Positions 9,900 to 19,598 of a stretch of 48,814 nucleotides of DNA are shown here, piece after piece. The translations under genes and the position numbers were made by a program. Under the pieces are notes generated by a model. It was given only the letters and a program-made list of their open reading frames with translations, was not told where the DNA came from and made no database searches. The stretch lies in assembly GCA_052387495.1 (NCBI GenBank), contig JBQTJC010000094.1. One strand, 5' to 3'. The stretch comes from Sphingosinicella sp. (lineage in GTDB: Bacteria > Pseudomonadota > Alphaproteobacteria > Sphingomonadales > Sphingomonadaceae). How positions within the stretch are numbered: position 1 is the stretch's first letter; every line of letters begins with the position of its first letter.

Positions 9900-11063
9900 C
9901 TAAGCGAGATTCTCGACGATCGTCACATTGGCGATGCCGCCGCCTTCGCACATCGTCTGGAGGCCGTAGCGCTTCCCGCGCGCCTTCAGCGCGTGGGTCA
10001 GGGTCGCCATCAGCTTGGCGCCGGACGCCCCGAGCGGATGGCCGAGCGCGATTGCGCCACCATTGACGTTCAGCTTGTCGGGTTCGGCCCCGGTTTCGCG
10101 CAGCCAGGCGAGCGGCACCGGCGCGAACGCCTCGTTGACCTCGTAGAGATCGATGTCGGCGATGGACATCCCGGCGCGGGCAAGCGCCCGGGCCGTGGCG
10201 GGGATCGGCTCCTCCAGCATGATCACCGGATCGCCGGCGGTGACGGTGAGGTTGTGGATGCGCGCCAGGGGCGTCAGCCCGTGCGCCTTGAGCGCCGCCT
10301 CGCTGACGATCAGCACGCCGCTCGCCCCGTCGCAAATCTGGGAGGCGTTGGCGGCGCTGATCCGCCCGCCCTCCTTGAGCAATTTGACCGAGGCGATACC
10401 CTCGAGCGTCGCGTCGTCCCGAATGCCCTCGTCGCGGCGATGCTCCCCGCCCTCGACCGCGAGCACCACGATCTCGGCGTCGAGCGCGCCGGCGTCGGCG
10501 GCGCGCGAGGCCTTGCGGTGGCTTTCCAGCGCGAAGCGATCGAGCTCTTCGCGCTCGAAGCCATATTTCTCCGCGATCATTTCGGCTCCGGCGAACTGGC
10601 TGAACATCGCGACTCCGAATCGTTCCTGGATGCTCCTCGGAAATGGCCCGGTGCCGATGCCGTGCTGCATCGGCAGGGTGACGGGCAGGCCCATCGGCAC
10701 CCGCGTCATCGATTCGACCCCGGCGGCGATCACCACGTCCTGCGTGCCCGACATCACCGCCTGCGCGGCGAAATGGATCGACTGCTGCGAGGAGCCGCAC
10801 TGGCGGTCGATGGTGACCGCCGGCACGCTCTCGGGCAATTTCGAGGCGAGCACGGCGTTGCGGCCGACATGGAAGGCCTGCTCGCCGGCCTGGCCGACGC
10901 AGCCCATGACCACGTCGTCGATCGCCGCCGGATCGACGCCGCTGCGCTCGACCAGGGCATTCAGCACCTGCGCGGCCAGATCGACCGGATGCCAATCCTT
11001 CAGCGCGCCGCCCCGGCGCCCGCCCGCGGTGCGGACCGCCTCGACAATATAGGCCTCGGCCAT
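9900..11063 (-). CDS. Acetyl-CoA C-acyltransferase (thiolase)
   Basis: DRQCGSSQQ, EVNEAFA, GGAIALGHPLGASG, TMCEGGG. Confidence 0.95.
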   Translation of the reverse strand: MAEAYIVEAVRTAGGRRGGALKDWHPVDLAAQVLNALVERSGVDPAAIDDVVMGCVGQAGEQAFHVGRNAVLASKLPESVPAVTIDRQCGSSQQSIHFAAQAVMSGTQDVVIAAGVESMTRVPMGLPVTLPMQHGIGTGPFPRSIQERFGVAMFSQFAGAEMIAEKYGFEREELDRFALESHRKASRAADAGALDAEIVVLAVEGGEHRRDEGIRDDATLEGIASVKLLKEGGRISAANASQICDGASGVLIVSEAALKAHGLTPLARIHNLTVTAGDPVIMLEEPIPATARALARAGMSIADIDLYEVNEAFAPVPLAWLRETGAEPDKLNVNGGAIALGHPLGASGAKLMATLTHALKARGKRYGLQTMCEGGGIANVTIVENLA

Positions 11064-11072
11064 CCCTCGCTC

Positions 11073-11088
11073 CTTACGTTAACGTCAA
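11073..11088. promoter_or_regulatory. LiuR-like (MerR family) operator TTGACGTTAACGTAAG
   Basis: ACGTTAACGT palindromic core 10 nt upstream of the thiolase start; resembles the known TTTACGTwwACGTAAA LiuR motif. Confidence 0.65.
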
Positions 11089-11175
11089 GCCGCTCTAGCC
11101 GCCGCGCGACGAGTCTGGAAGCCCCGCCCCGAAATCGCTATGCGCGGGCCTCAGAGAGAACGGGACCCACGAGAC

Positions 11176-11409
11176 ATGCCCAACCCCTTCACCCATCACC
11201 CCCGCGAGGTCGGCGAAAGCTATGGCGAGCATTTCGGCCATGCCGCCTGGTTCGGCGTGCGGATGATCGGCGGCGGCCTCGCCTGCCTGGTCCACGCCAT
11301 CTTCCCGTTTCTCTGCGTCAGGACCGGCAGCCAGACCATGGACCGGCTGCACAGCAAGCTGCACGGCCGCGCCGACAAGGCCAATTGGGAGCGGCATCCG
11401 ATCATCTGA
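11176..11409 (+). CDS. Small conserved protein (DUF6356-like)
   Basis: FTHHPREVGESYGEH...LVHAIFPFL pattern recognised from memory. Confidence 0.75.
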   Translation: MPNPFTHHPREVGESYGEHFGHAAWFGVRMIGGGLACLVHAIFPFLCVRTGSQTMDRLHSKLHGRADKANWERHPII

Positions 11410-11427
11410 ACCACCGGGGAGGGATTG

Positions 11428-11883
11428 ATGAAACGTGGCTTGCTGCTCGGCGCGACCCTGATCGCGATCCCCCTCACTGCCGCCCTGGCCCAGACTCCGC
11501 CCGCCGGTCTGACGCCCGAGCAGATCGTCGCCGCGCGCCAATCCTCGTTCATGCTCTCGGGCGGAGCGTTCGCGGGGATGAAGTTCGCCGCCGATGCGGG
11601 CGCCGACGTCAAACAGCTCGCTTTCCCGGCCCGGTCGCTGGCGCGCTGGGCGCGGACCCTGCCGAGCATGTTCCCGGCCGGCACCAACCTTCCCAACAGC
11701 AAGGCGCGGCCGGAAATCTGGAGCGACCGCCCGGGGTTCGAGGCACGGGCCCAGGCCTATGCCGCGGCGGCGACCGCGCTGGCCGAGGCGGCGCAGGCGG
11801 GCGACCGCGCCGTGTTCCTCGAACGCTGGGCGGCCGCGCGCGCAGCCTGCTCGGGCTGCCACGACAACTATCGTTCGGACTGA
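11428..11883 (+). CDS. Class II cytochrome c (cytochrome c')
   Basis: Signal peptide, ARQSSF, FPAGT..SKARPEIW, C-terminal CSGCHDNYR haem motif. Confidence 0.9.
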   Translation: MKRGLLLGATLIAIPLTAALAQTPPAGLTPEQIVAARQSSFMLSGGAFAGMKFAADAGADVKQLAFPARSLARWARTLPSMFPAGTNLPNSKARPEIWSDRPGFEARAQAYAAAATALAEAAQAGDRAVFLERWAAARAACSGCHDNYRSD

Positions 11884-11888
11884 CCGGT

Positions 11889-13472
11889 TTACAGGCCGAG
11901 TTTGCGGCGGTCCTTGAGAATCGCGGCGGCCGCATTATGCCCGGGGGCGCCGGTCACGCCGCCGCCCGGATGGGCGCCGGAGCCGCAAAGATAGAGGCCC
12001 GGGAGCGGCATGCGGTAATCGGCATGGCCCAGCATCGGCCGGTTCGAGAAGAGCTGGTCGAGCCCCATCTTGCCGTGGAAGATATCGCCGCCGATCAGGC
12101 CGAAGCGGCGTTCGAGATCGAGCGGGCTGAGCGCGAGCCGGCCGACCACGCTCGCCGCGAAGCCCGGCGCGAAGCGGTCGACATGGGCGATGATATGATC
12201 GGCGACCTCGTCGCGGCGCGCGTCCCAGCCATCCTCGATCACATAAGGGAAATGCTGACAGAATAGGCTGGCGACATGGGCGCCTTCGGGCGCGAGGCTG
12301 TCGTCGAGCGTCGAGGGGATCAGCATTTCGACGATCGGCTCGCGCGCATAGTCCTCGGTTCGCGCCGTCAGCCAGGCCCGGTCCATATAGCCGAGCGACG
12401 GGGCCATGATGATGCCGGCGGTCATCTGGTCGCCCGGCTCGGGAAGCGAGGTGAAGCGCGGCAGTTCCGAGAGCGCGACGTTCATCCGGAAGGTCGCTGA
12501 TTCGCTCTGCCAATGCGCCATCCGCAGCTCGATCTCCGGCTCGACCGCGCCGGCGGGTAGCAGGCGGCCAAAGAGGAGCTTCGGATTGACCCCCGCCGCC
12601 ACCGCCTTCGCCCGCCAGGCCTTGCCGCCGGCGATCGCCCCGGCCGCCTTGTGCTGCTCGACGATGACCGCCTCGACCGGCGTGTCGAGCCGGATCTCGA
12701 CCCCCTTCTCGCGGCAGGCCCGCGCCATCGCCTCGGTGATCGCGCCCATCCCGCCGATCGCGTGTCCCCAGGCGCCCTCGACCCCCGCCGCCTCGCCGAA
12801 GACGTGGTGGAGCAGCACATAGGCGCTGCCCGGCGCGTAGGGGCTGGCATAGTGGCCGACGACCGCGTCGAAGCCGAACAGGGCCTGGACCAGATCGTGG
12901 CTGAAATAGCGGCCGAGCACGTCGGCGGCCGAGCGGGTGAAGAAATCGACGAGGTGGCGCTGGTCCTCGATGCCGAGCCGCCCCACTCCGCGCCCGAGCT
13001 TCAGCAAAGCGAGCAGCTCGCCGATCCCGCCGCCGGCATTGGGCGGCGCGCGCAGCAGCCACTGGCGGACGATCCCGACCACCTGGCTGAGCGCGGCGGA
13101 ATAAGCGTCGTAATTCTCCGCGTCCGCCGCGCTGTGTCGCGCGATCTCACGCTTGGTCAGCCCGCCTCGCCCGGCGAGCAGGTAATCCTCGCCGAGCGTG
13201 GGCAGGAAATTGTCGATCTTGCGCAGCACGACCTCGAGGCCGTGCTCGTAGAGCCGCATGTCGCGGAGCACCTTGGGATTGAGCAGTCCGACCGTGTAGC
13301 TCGCCGTCGAATTGCGAAAACCCGGGGCGAACTCTTCGGTGACGGCCGCACCGCCGACCACGCTCCGCGCCTCCAGCACGGTCACCTTCAGCCCCCGCGC
13401 GGCGAGATAATAAGCGCAGACCAAACCGTTATGGCCGGCGCCGATGATGAGCACGTCTGAGGGCGAGGTCAT
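11889..13472 (-). CDS. FAD-dependent oxidoreductase, phytoene dehydrogenase-like
   Basis: IIGAGHNGLV, GGAAVTEE, GGDIFHG, LYLCGSGAHPGGGVTGAPGHNAA. Confidence 0.9.
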   Translation of the reverse strand: MTSPSDVLIIGAGHNGLVCAYYLAARGLKVTVLEARSVVGGAAVTEEFAPGFRNSTASYTVGLLNPKVLRDMRLYEHGLEVVLRKIDNFLPTLGEDYLLAGRGGLTKREIARHSAADAENYDAYSAALSQVVGIVRQWLLRAPPNAGGGIGELLALLKLGRGVGRLGIEDQRHLVDFFTRSAADVLGRYFSHDLVQALFGFDAVVGHYASPYAPGSAYVLLHHVFGEAAGVEGAWGHAIGGMGAITEAMARACREKGVEIRLDTPVEAVIVEQHKAAGAIAGGKAWRAKAVAAGVNPKLLFGRLLPAGAVEPEIELRMAHWQSESATFRMNVALSELPRFTSLPEPGDQMTAGIIMAPSLGYMDRAWLTARTEDYAREPIVEMLIPSTLDDSLAPEGAHVASLFCQHFPYVIEDGWDARRDEVADHIIAHVDRFAPGFAASVVGRLALSPLDLERRFGLIGGDIFHGKMGLDQLFSNRPMLGHADYRMPLPGLYLCGSGAHPGGGVTGAPGHNAAAAILKDRRKLGL

Positions 13473-13478
13473 GGCGTT

Positions 13479-13952
13479 CTATGCCTCGTCGCCTAAAGGC
13501 ACCGCCAGTGTCGCCTTCACCCGCTTCTTGACGAACGTGCTTTCGAAGCGGCGGACCGCCGGATGCTCGGCCAGGGTCGCGTCGGCGAAGGCGTTGTAGG
13601 CCTCCATATCCGGCGCGACGACGAGGAGCAGGATGTCGAAGGTTCCCGCAATGTCGAGACAGAGCTGGACGTTCGGGCTGGCGACGAGGCGGCGGCGGAG
13701 CCGGTCGCCCTCGTGCGGCGCGTGGCGCTCGAGTTGAATCTGCACGATCGCCGAGAGCGGATGCCCCGCGGCTTCCTCGGAAATCACGGCGACGTCCGCC
13801 GCGATCGCGCCGCCGGCGCGCAGCCGCCGCAGCCGCCGCGCGACGGCGGACGGGGAGCGCCCGACCCGTTCCGCAAGCGCGTCGGCGGTCTGGAGGTTGT
13901 CCTCCTGCAGACAGGTGAGAAGGCGCAGATCGAGCTTGTCGAGGCGGGGCAT
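13479..13952 (-). CDS. Lrp/AsnC family transcriptional regulator
   Basis: LDKLDLRLL..LQED, HTH, IAGTFDILL RAM domain. Confidence 0.92.
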   Translation of the reverse strand: MPRLDKLDLRLLTCLQEDNLQTADALAERVGRSPSAVARRLRRLRAGGAIAADVAVISEEAAGHPLSAIVQIQLERHAPHEGDRLRRRLVASPNVQLCLDIAGTFDILLLVVAPDMEAYNAFADATLAEHPAVRRFESTFVKKRVKATLAVPLGDEA

Positions 13953-13971
13953 CGCGCCCTTCTCACGTCAT

Positions 13972-13988
13972 TTGCCAGAATCTGGCAA
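13972..13988. promoter_or_regulatory. Perfect palindrome TTGCCAGA-A-TCTGGCAA, probable operator
   Basis: 8-1-8 inverted repeat in the divergent Lrp / S41 intergenic region. Confidence 0.55.
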
Positions 13989-14068
13989 GCGTCGATGCAA
14001 CTTTGCGCGAAATCACCGTGCGGATCGCGATAGCAAGGTGTGTTGCCCGGATAAAACGGAGGAGACGT

Positions 14069-15388
14069 ATGCGAGGTTCGGTTCTGCTGGCGGCGCTGCT
14101 GGGCGCGACCGCGATCGGCGGCGCGGCTCAGGCACTTCAGCCGCCCCCCGCGGTCCAACAGGCCACGATCGATCCGCGCTCGATCGTGACCGAGGTGCGG
14201 CGCATCATCGCCGAACGCTATGTTCTGCCGGAGCGGCGCGCGGCGCTCGACGCGCTGCTGGCGCGCGGCCTGGAAACCGGCCGGTACGACACGCGCGATC
14301 CTGCGGTCCTGGCCGAGCGGATCAACGCCGACCTGGCCACCGCGAACGACGGCCACCTCAACTTCGGCTACAATTCGCGCCAGGCGCAAATGCTGGGCAC
14401 GCCGCGCTCGGACGACGGCCCGCCGCCGGAAGCCTTCGTCCGCCTCGCGCGGGCGGCCAATCATGGCGTGAGCGAGCTGCGGGTCCTGCCGGGCAACATC
14501 CGCTACATGCGCTATGACGGCTTCATCTGGACCGGCCCGGAGAGCGCGGCGGCGCTGGACAATGCGATGCGCTTCCTGGCCGGCGGCGATGCGATCGTCA
14601 TCGACATCCGGCACAATGGCGGCGGCAGCCCGCAAGCCGTCCAATATCTGGTGAGCCATTTCCTGCCGCCCAACCGTCCGCTGGTCGAATTCCACATGGG
14701 CGGACGGGCCGAGCCCGATCGGCTGTCGACGCTGGCCGAATTGCCCGCCGGGCGGTTGATCGGAAAGCCGTTCTATTTGCTCACCAGCCGTCACAGCGCT
14801 TCGGCGGCGGAGGAATTTTCCGGGCACGTCGCCGGCTTCCGGCTTGGCGAGCTGGTCGGCGACCGGACCGCCGGCGCCGCTTTCCGCAACGATCTCGTGC
14901 CGATCGCCGACGCCTTCGTGCTCAGCGTTTCCGTGGGGCGCCCGGTGCTCGCCGCGACAGGCGGCGATTGGGAACGAACCGGGATCGCGCCGACCATGCC
15001 GGTGCCCGTCGAGAGCGCGCTCGAGGCGGCGCAGGTCCATGCGCTGCGCCGGCTCGCCTCGGCGGCGCAAGGGCAGGATCGCGAACGACTCGAAGCCGTG
15101 GCGGAAACCGCCGACGCAAGACTGACGCCCAGGCAGCCCGGACAGGCCCTCGCCACCTATGTCGGTACCTATGGCGAGCGAACGGTACGCACCGATGGCG
15201 ATCGCCTGCTTTATCAACTGGGCGAGCGACCGCCGGTCGCGCTGATTCCGCTGGGCGGCAATCGCTTCGGCTTCGAGCATGACGCGATGCTGCGGATCGA
15301 TTTCCTGGTCGCGGAAGGACGCGCCGTCTCCTTCGACCTGGGACCCGCGGGCGGACCTCTCCAGGGCCGTTACGAACGCTCGCGCTGA
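14069..15388 (+). CDS. Secreted S41 family peptidase
   Basis: GGAGGAG RBS; signal peptide; DGHL, IDIRHNGGG, TSRHSASAAEEF, GDRTAGA, WERTGIAP. Confidence 0.9.
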   Translation: MRGSVLLAALLGATAIGGAAQALQPPPAVQQATIDPRSIVTEVRRIIAERYVLPERRAALDALLARGLETGRYDTRDPAVLAERINADLATANDGHLNFGYNSRQAQMLGTPRSDDGPPPEAFVRLARAANHGVSELRVLPGNIRYMRYDGFIWTGPESAAALDNAMRFLAGGDAIVIDIRHNGGGSPQAVQYLVSHFLPPNRPLVEFHMGGRAEPDRLSTLAELPAGRLIGKPFYLLTSRHSASAAEEFSGHVAGFRLGELVGDRTAGAAFRNDLVPIADAFVLSVSVGRPVLAATGGDWERTGIAPTMPVPVESALEAAQVHALRRLASAAQGQDRERLEAVAETADARLTPRQPGQALATYVGTYGERTVRTDGDRLLYQLGERPPVALIPLGGNRFGFEHDAMLRIDFLVAEGRAVSFDLGPAGGPLQGRYERSR

Positions 15389-15490
15389 GATCGCCGCGTT
15401 TTTCCGAGAGCGCCCGCATTTGTCGGATTGCCAAGCCGCCGGAAGCCTCTAAGCCTTCGCGCACCGGAAGGGTAAGGGAGGTTCATACAT

Positions 15491-15811
15491 ATGAGAAAAT
15501 TGATGATTGCAGCCGCCGTCGCGCTGTCGATGGCGGCAACGGCCGCTTATGCCGCGATTCAGGATTTCACGATCCACAACAGCACGGGTCAGGCGATCAT
15601 GACGCTCAACGTCTCGCCGTCGGATTCGAACGATTGGGGGCCGGACATCCTCGGCGTCGACGTGCTCGGCGCGGGCGAATCCGCGGAGGTCAGCTTCGAT
15701 CCCGGCGACGACCAGTGCGAATGGGACATCCGCGTCACCTATGAGGACGACGACACCGGCGACTGGCGCGGCATCGATCTCTGCTCGACCACGGACATCA
15801 ACCTGACCTGA
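15491..15811 (+). CDS. Small secreted acidic protein
   Basis: GGGAGG RBS; signal peptide; DFTIHNSTG, WGPDILG, Cys pair; conserved-looking hypothetical family. Confidence 0.85.
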   Translation: MRKLMIAAAVALSMAATAAYAAIQDFTIHNSTGQAIMTLNVSPSDSNDWGPDILGVDVLGAGESAEVSFDPGDDQCEWDIRVTYEDDDTGDWRGIDLCSTTDINLT

Positions 15812-15822
15812 TTGGGTCTGTC

Positions 15823-15868
15823 CGCGAAACGACGGGGCCTCGCCGGCGACGACGGGGCCCTTTTCGCG
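15823..15868. terminator. Hairpin terminator between convergent genes
   Basis: GGGCCTCG...CGGGGCCC-TTTT, flanked by CGCGAAA / TTTCGCG. Confidence 0.55.
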
Positions 15869-17218
15869 TCAGCGCATCAGCACCAGCTCTTCCGACATGG
15901 TCGGGTGGAGCGCTAGCGTGTCGTCGAACTGGGCCTTGGTGAGGCCGGCCTTCACCGCGATCGCGGCGGCCTGGAGGATTTCTGGCGCGTCGGGGCCGAT
16001 CATGTGGAGGCCCACGACGCGGTCGGTCTCCTGGTCGACGATGATCTTGTAGAGAGCGCGCTCGTTGCGGCCGGCGAGGACGTTCTTCATCGGCCGGAAA
16101 TCGGAGACATAAGCCTTGTAGGAGCCCAATTTGTCGCGCGCCTCCCCTTCGGTCATGCCGACTCCGGCGATTGGCGGGTGGCTGAAGACGGCTGAGGGGA
16201 TGTGGGCGTAGTCGACCCGCGTCGGCTTGCCGCCGAAAACGGTGTCGGCGAACGCCTGGCCCTCGCGGATCGCGACCGGCGTGAGCTGCACCCGATCGGT
16301 GACGTCGCCGATTCCGTAGATCGAGGGTACTGACGACTGGTTGTCCTCGTCGACCAGGATCGCGCCATTCTTGCCGAGCTCGACCCCGACCTTTTCGAGG
16401 CCGAGGCCGGCCGTGTTGGGCGCGCGGCCGACCGCCCAGAGCAGGAGGTCGGCCTCCAGCGGATCCTGCCCCGAGACGTGGATTTTCAGCGTGCCGTCCT
16501 TGCGCTTCTCGATCTTCTCGAACGGCGCGTTGAACTTGAACTCGATGCCCTTCATCAGGCTGATCGTCAGCAACCGATCGCGGATCTGCTCGTCATAGTG
16601 TCTGAGGATCACCTCGCCGCGATTGACCAGGGTCACGTGGCAGCTGAACTCGTGGAAGATGCCGGCGAACTCGTTGGCGATATAGCCGCCGCCCGCGATC
16701 ACCACCCGCTTCGGCATCCGCTCTAGGTGGAACACCTCGTTCGAGGTGATGCCGTGCTCCGCGCCGGGCAGCTTCGGGACGACCGGATGCGCGCCGGTGG
16801 CGATCAGGATGGTCGCGGCGGTGACCTTCGTCCCGTCCGCCAGCGCGATCTCATGGGGACCGGTGAGGGTCGCGCGCTGGGGGATGGTATCGACCTCATG
16901 GCGGTCGAGAATGTCCTGGTAAATGCCTTCGAGCCGCTCGACCTCGCCGAGCACGTTGTCGCGCAGCACCGGCCAGTCGAAATCGCACTTGCCGACCTTC
17001 CAGCCGAACCGCGCCGCGTCCTGCAGATCCTCGGCGAAATGAGCACCGTAGACGAGCAGCTTCTTGGGCACGCAGCCGCGGATCACGCAGGTCCCGCCGA
17101 CCCGATATTCCTCGGCGATCGCCACCCGCGCGCCGTGCGCCGCCGCGACCCGCGAGGCGCGCACCCCGCCCGAGCCCGCGCCGATCACGAACAGATCGTA
17201 GTCGTAGGTTTTGGTCAT
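15869..17218 (-). CDS. gor: Glutathione-disulfide reductase
   Basis: GAGSGG, GGTCVIRGCVPKK, GGGYIA, LTPVAI, HPTMSEE. Confidence 0.95.
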   Translation of the reverse strand: MTKTYDYDLFVIGAGSGGVRASRVAAAHGARVAIAEEYRVGGTCVIRGCVPKKLLVYGAHFAEDLQDAARFGWKVGKCDFDWPVLRDNVLGEVERLEGIYQDILDRHEVDTIPQRATLTGPHEIALADGTKVTAATILIATGAHPVVPKLPGAEHGITSNEVFHLERMPKRVVIAGGGYIANEFAGIFHEFSCHVTLVNRGEVILRHYDEQIRDRLLTISLMKGIEFKFNAPFEKIEKRKDGTLKIHVSGQDPLEADLLLWAVGRAPNTAGLGLEKVGVELGKNGAILVDEDNQSSVPSIYGIGDVTDRVQLTPVAIREGQAFADTVFGGKPTRVDYAHIPSAVFSHPPIAGVGMTEGEARDKLGSYKAYVSDFRPMKNVLAGRNERALYKIIVDQETDRVVGLHMIGPDAPEILQAAAIAVKAGLTKAQFDDTLALHPTMSEELVLMR

Positions 17219-18057
17219 TCGACGGGCTCCAGCCAGATCGCGCGATCCGGAAAATCGGTGGTGATGACGAAATGGCGCAGAATCGACGTGCCGAGGTTAA
17301 GATCGGACGCTGTCTCGCCGGGATCGATCGCCGCGCGCACATCTCGGAACTCGCGTCCCCCGACGTTCAGAATCCTCAGGACAACAATGTCGCGATCGAG
17401 CGCGCCGCCGAGGCCGCCGCCGCTGCGCCGCTCGACGATCCGTTCGGGCGCGGTCAGGCCTATCCGTTCGGCATAGGCCCGGCCGATCAGCACTTCGCTG
17501 CCGTTGCCGATGTCGACCACGGCCTCGACCGGTTCGTGTCCCTCGGCGGCGGCCGGGATGGCGGGGACGCCCCGATGCTCCGTCACCGGCAGGCGCACGG
17601 CACCGGCGGGGATCGAATCGACGCGGTCGATCGCGCGCCCCGGGATGTCGATGCGAAAGCGACCCTGATCGAGCAGGTCCCGGCCGAGCAACATGTCCGC
17701 CCGGCGTCCGAGCAGCCGTTGCGAGACCTCGTCGAGATCGAGTATCCCGACGCGGGTGGTGAAGCGCGTGCCCGCGCCGTCGATGCGGACATCCTCGGCG
17801 AAGCGCGCCTGCACCGCCGCCTCGCCCGAGCCGTGCGCAGTCGCGCTGCCGACCTGAACAAGGCCGAGACGCCGGGCGCTGTCGTCGTCAAGGATGGTCA
17901 TCTCGGCGGCGGAATCGAGCAACGCCGTGACCGGCTGACCGTTTACGTTGACGGTCAGGAAGAGGCGGTTGTTGACTTCCTGCAGCGGCACCGCGGCGGC
18001 GCCCTGCGCGCCGAGGAGGCCAGCACAGGCAGCGGCGGCGAGCCAGATTCGCTTCAT
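17215..18057 (-). CDS. Secreted retropepsin-like aspartyl protease (two domains)
   Basis: Signal peptide; LLDSAA...LLGRD and VVDIGN...NLGTS repeats; 4-nt overlaps with pgi and gor. Confidence 0.75.
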   Translation of the reverse strand: MKRIWLAAAACAGLLGAQGAAAVPLQEVNNRLFLTVNVNGQPVTALLDSAAEMTILDDDSARRLGLVQVGSATAHGSGEAAVQARFAEDVRIDGAGTRFTTRVGILDLDEVSQRLLGRRADMLLGRDLLDQGRFRIDIPGRAIDRVDSIPAGAVRLPVTEHRGVPAIPAAAEGHEPVEAVVDIGNGSEVLIGRAYAERIGLTAPERIVERRSGGGLGGALDRDIVVLRILNVGGREFRDVRAAIDPGETASDLNLGTSILRHFVITTDFPDRAIWLEPVE

Positions 18058-19556
18058 TCCACGTCTCCGAAAGCGCGGGCGATCAATGCTTCGGTCGAGG
18101 GATCGAAGTCCAATGCGCTTTGGCTATCGAGCGCGTTGGCCATTTCCTTGCCGAGCTCGACGCCGAACTGGTCGAACGGGTTGATTCTGAGCAGCACCGC
18201 ATTGGCGAAGGTGCGGTGCTCGTAAAAGGCGAGCAAGGCGCCGAGCGTGCGCGGGTCGATGCGGTCGAGCAGGATGGTGGTCGAGGGCCGGTCGCCGGGA
18301 TAGGCGCGGTGCGGGTCTGCGGCGTCGCGGCCGGCCATCAGCGCCGCCCCTTGCGCGAAGCAGTTGATCAGGAGCTGGCGATGATGCTCCGGGTCGAGCT
18401 CGTTGCCCGGCTCCAGCGACGCGACGAACTCGACCGGGACGAGCTGGGTGCCTTGGTGGAGGAGCTGGAAGACCGCGTGCTGGGCGTCGGTGCCGACCCC
18501 GCCCCAAGTGACCGGCGCGGCGGTACGGCCGACGGGCGATCCGTCGAGCCGGACCGACTTGCCGTTGGATTCCATTTCGAGCTGCTGGAGATAGGTTGGA
18601 AGCAGCCGCAGCCTTTCGTCATAGGCAAAGACTGCGCGCGTGCCGGCGCCCCGGACATTAGCGTAATAGCGGTCGACGAAGGCGGCGATGAGCGGCACGT
18701 TGCGCTCCGGCAGGGCGAGGCGGAAATGGCGATCCATCGCCGCCGCGCCTTCGAGCAGGCTCTCGAACGCGTCCCAGCCGAGCGCGGCCGCGGCCGGCAG
18801 GCCGATCGACGACCAGAGCGAGAAGCGACCGCCCACCGTCTCGGCGAAGGGCAGTATGCGCGTCTCGTCGATGCCGAACGCCAGCGCCTTGTCCGGCGCC
18901 GCGGTGAGCGCGACGGTGCGGCCCAGCGGGTCGGTGACGCCGTGATCGCGCATCCAGTCGAGCGCCGAGCGCGCGTTCAGCATCGCCTCCGACGTGGTGA
19001 AGGTTTTGGAGGCGATGACGAGCAGGGTCGCATGCGGATCGAAGGCCAAAGCCGCCTCCTCCAGCGCCGCGCCGTCGACGTTCGAGACGATCGCCACGTC
19101 ATAGCCTGCGCCCGCCCGGCCGAGCGTGTCGAGCAGCAGCTCCGGTCCGAGCGCCGAGCCGCCGATGCCGATATGGATGATGTGCTCGACCGGACCGAAC
19201 GCCTCGGCCTCGACCGCGTCGATCAAGGTGCGCATCCGCTGGTGCAGCTTGCGGGCACGGGCGACGCTTTCCGGCGCCCCCTCCCCGCGCTCGGCGCTAT
19301 GCTCGGCGGCGCGTCCCTCGGTCGGGTTGACGATCTCTCCGGCGAACAAGGCGTCGCGGCGGCCGGCGAAATCCGCCGCCTCGGCGAGTCGGATGAAGGC
19401 GGCGAGCGCGTCGCGGCTCAGATGGGTCTTGGAGAAATCGAAATGGATGCCCGCTTCATCGAGGGCGAGCCGCTCCAGTCGGTCCGGCTCGTCGGCGAAC
19501 AGATCCTTGACCGAGGCCGTTTTCACAGCCTCCACCGCCGCCCACGCTTCGTCCAT
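18054..19556 (-). CDS. pgi: Glucose-6-phosphate isomerase
   Basis: HIGIGGSALGP, IASKTFTT, VGGRFSLWS, LQQLEMESNGK, FDQFGVELGK; start MDEAW at 19556 after GAGGAGG. Confidence 0.96.
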   Translation of the reverse strand: MDEAWAAVEAVKTASVKDLFADEPDRLERLALDEAGIHFDFSKTHLSRDALAAFIRLAEAADFAGRRDALFAGEIVNPTEGRAAEHSAERGEGAPESVARARKLHQRMRTLIDAVEAEAFGPVEHIIHIGIGGSALGPELLLDTLGRAGAGYDVAIVSNVDGAALEEAALAFDPHATLLVIASKTFTTSEAMLNARSALDWMRDHGVTDPLGRTVALTAAPDKALAFGIDETRILPFAETVGGRFSLWSSIGLPAAAALGWDAFESLLEGAAAMDRHFRLALPERNVPLIAAFVDRYYANVRGAGTRAVFAYDERLRLLPTYLQQLEMESNGKSVRLDGSPVGRTAAPVTWGGVGTDAQHAVFQLLHQGTQLVPVEFVASLEPGNELDPEHHRQLLINCFAQGAALMAGRDAADPHRAYPGDRPSTTILLDRIDPRTLGALLAFYEHRTFANAVLLRINPFDQFGVELGKEMANALDSQSALDFDPSTEALIARAFGDVE

Positions 19557-19598
19557 GCCGGTCCTCCTCGCGCCGCTATCTAGGGGCGGGCGAATGGA

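Noticed and set aside
13983-13999. Sigma54-like TGGCA...TGC upstream of the S41 peptidase
   Set aside because: GG-to-GC spacing is 11 nt rather than the required 10
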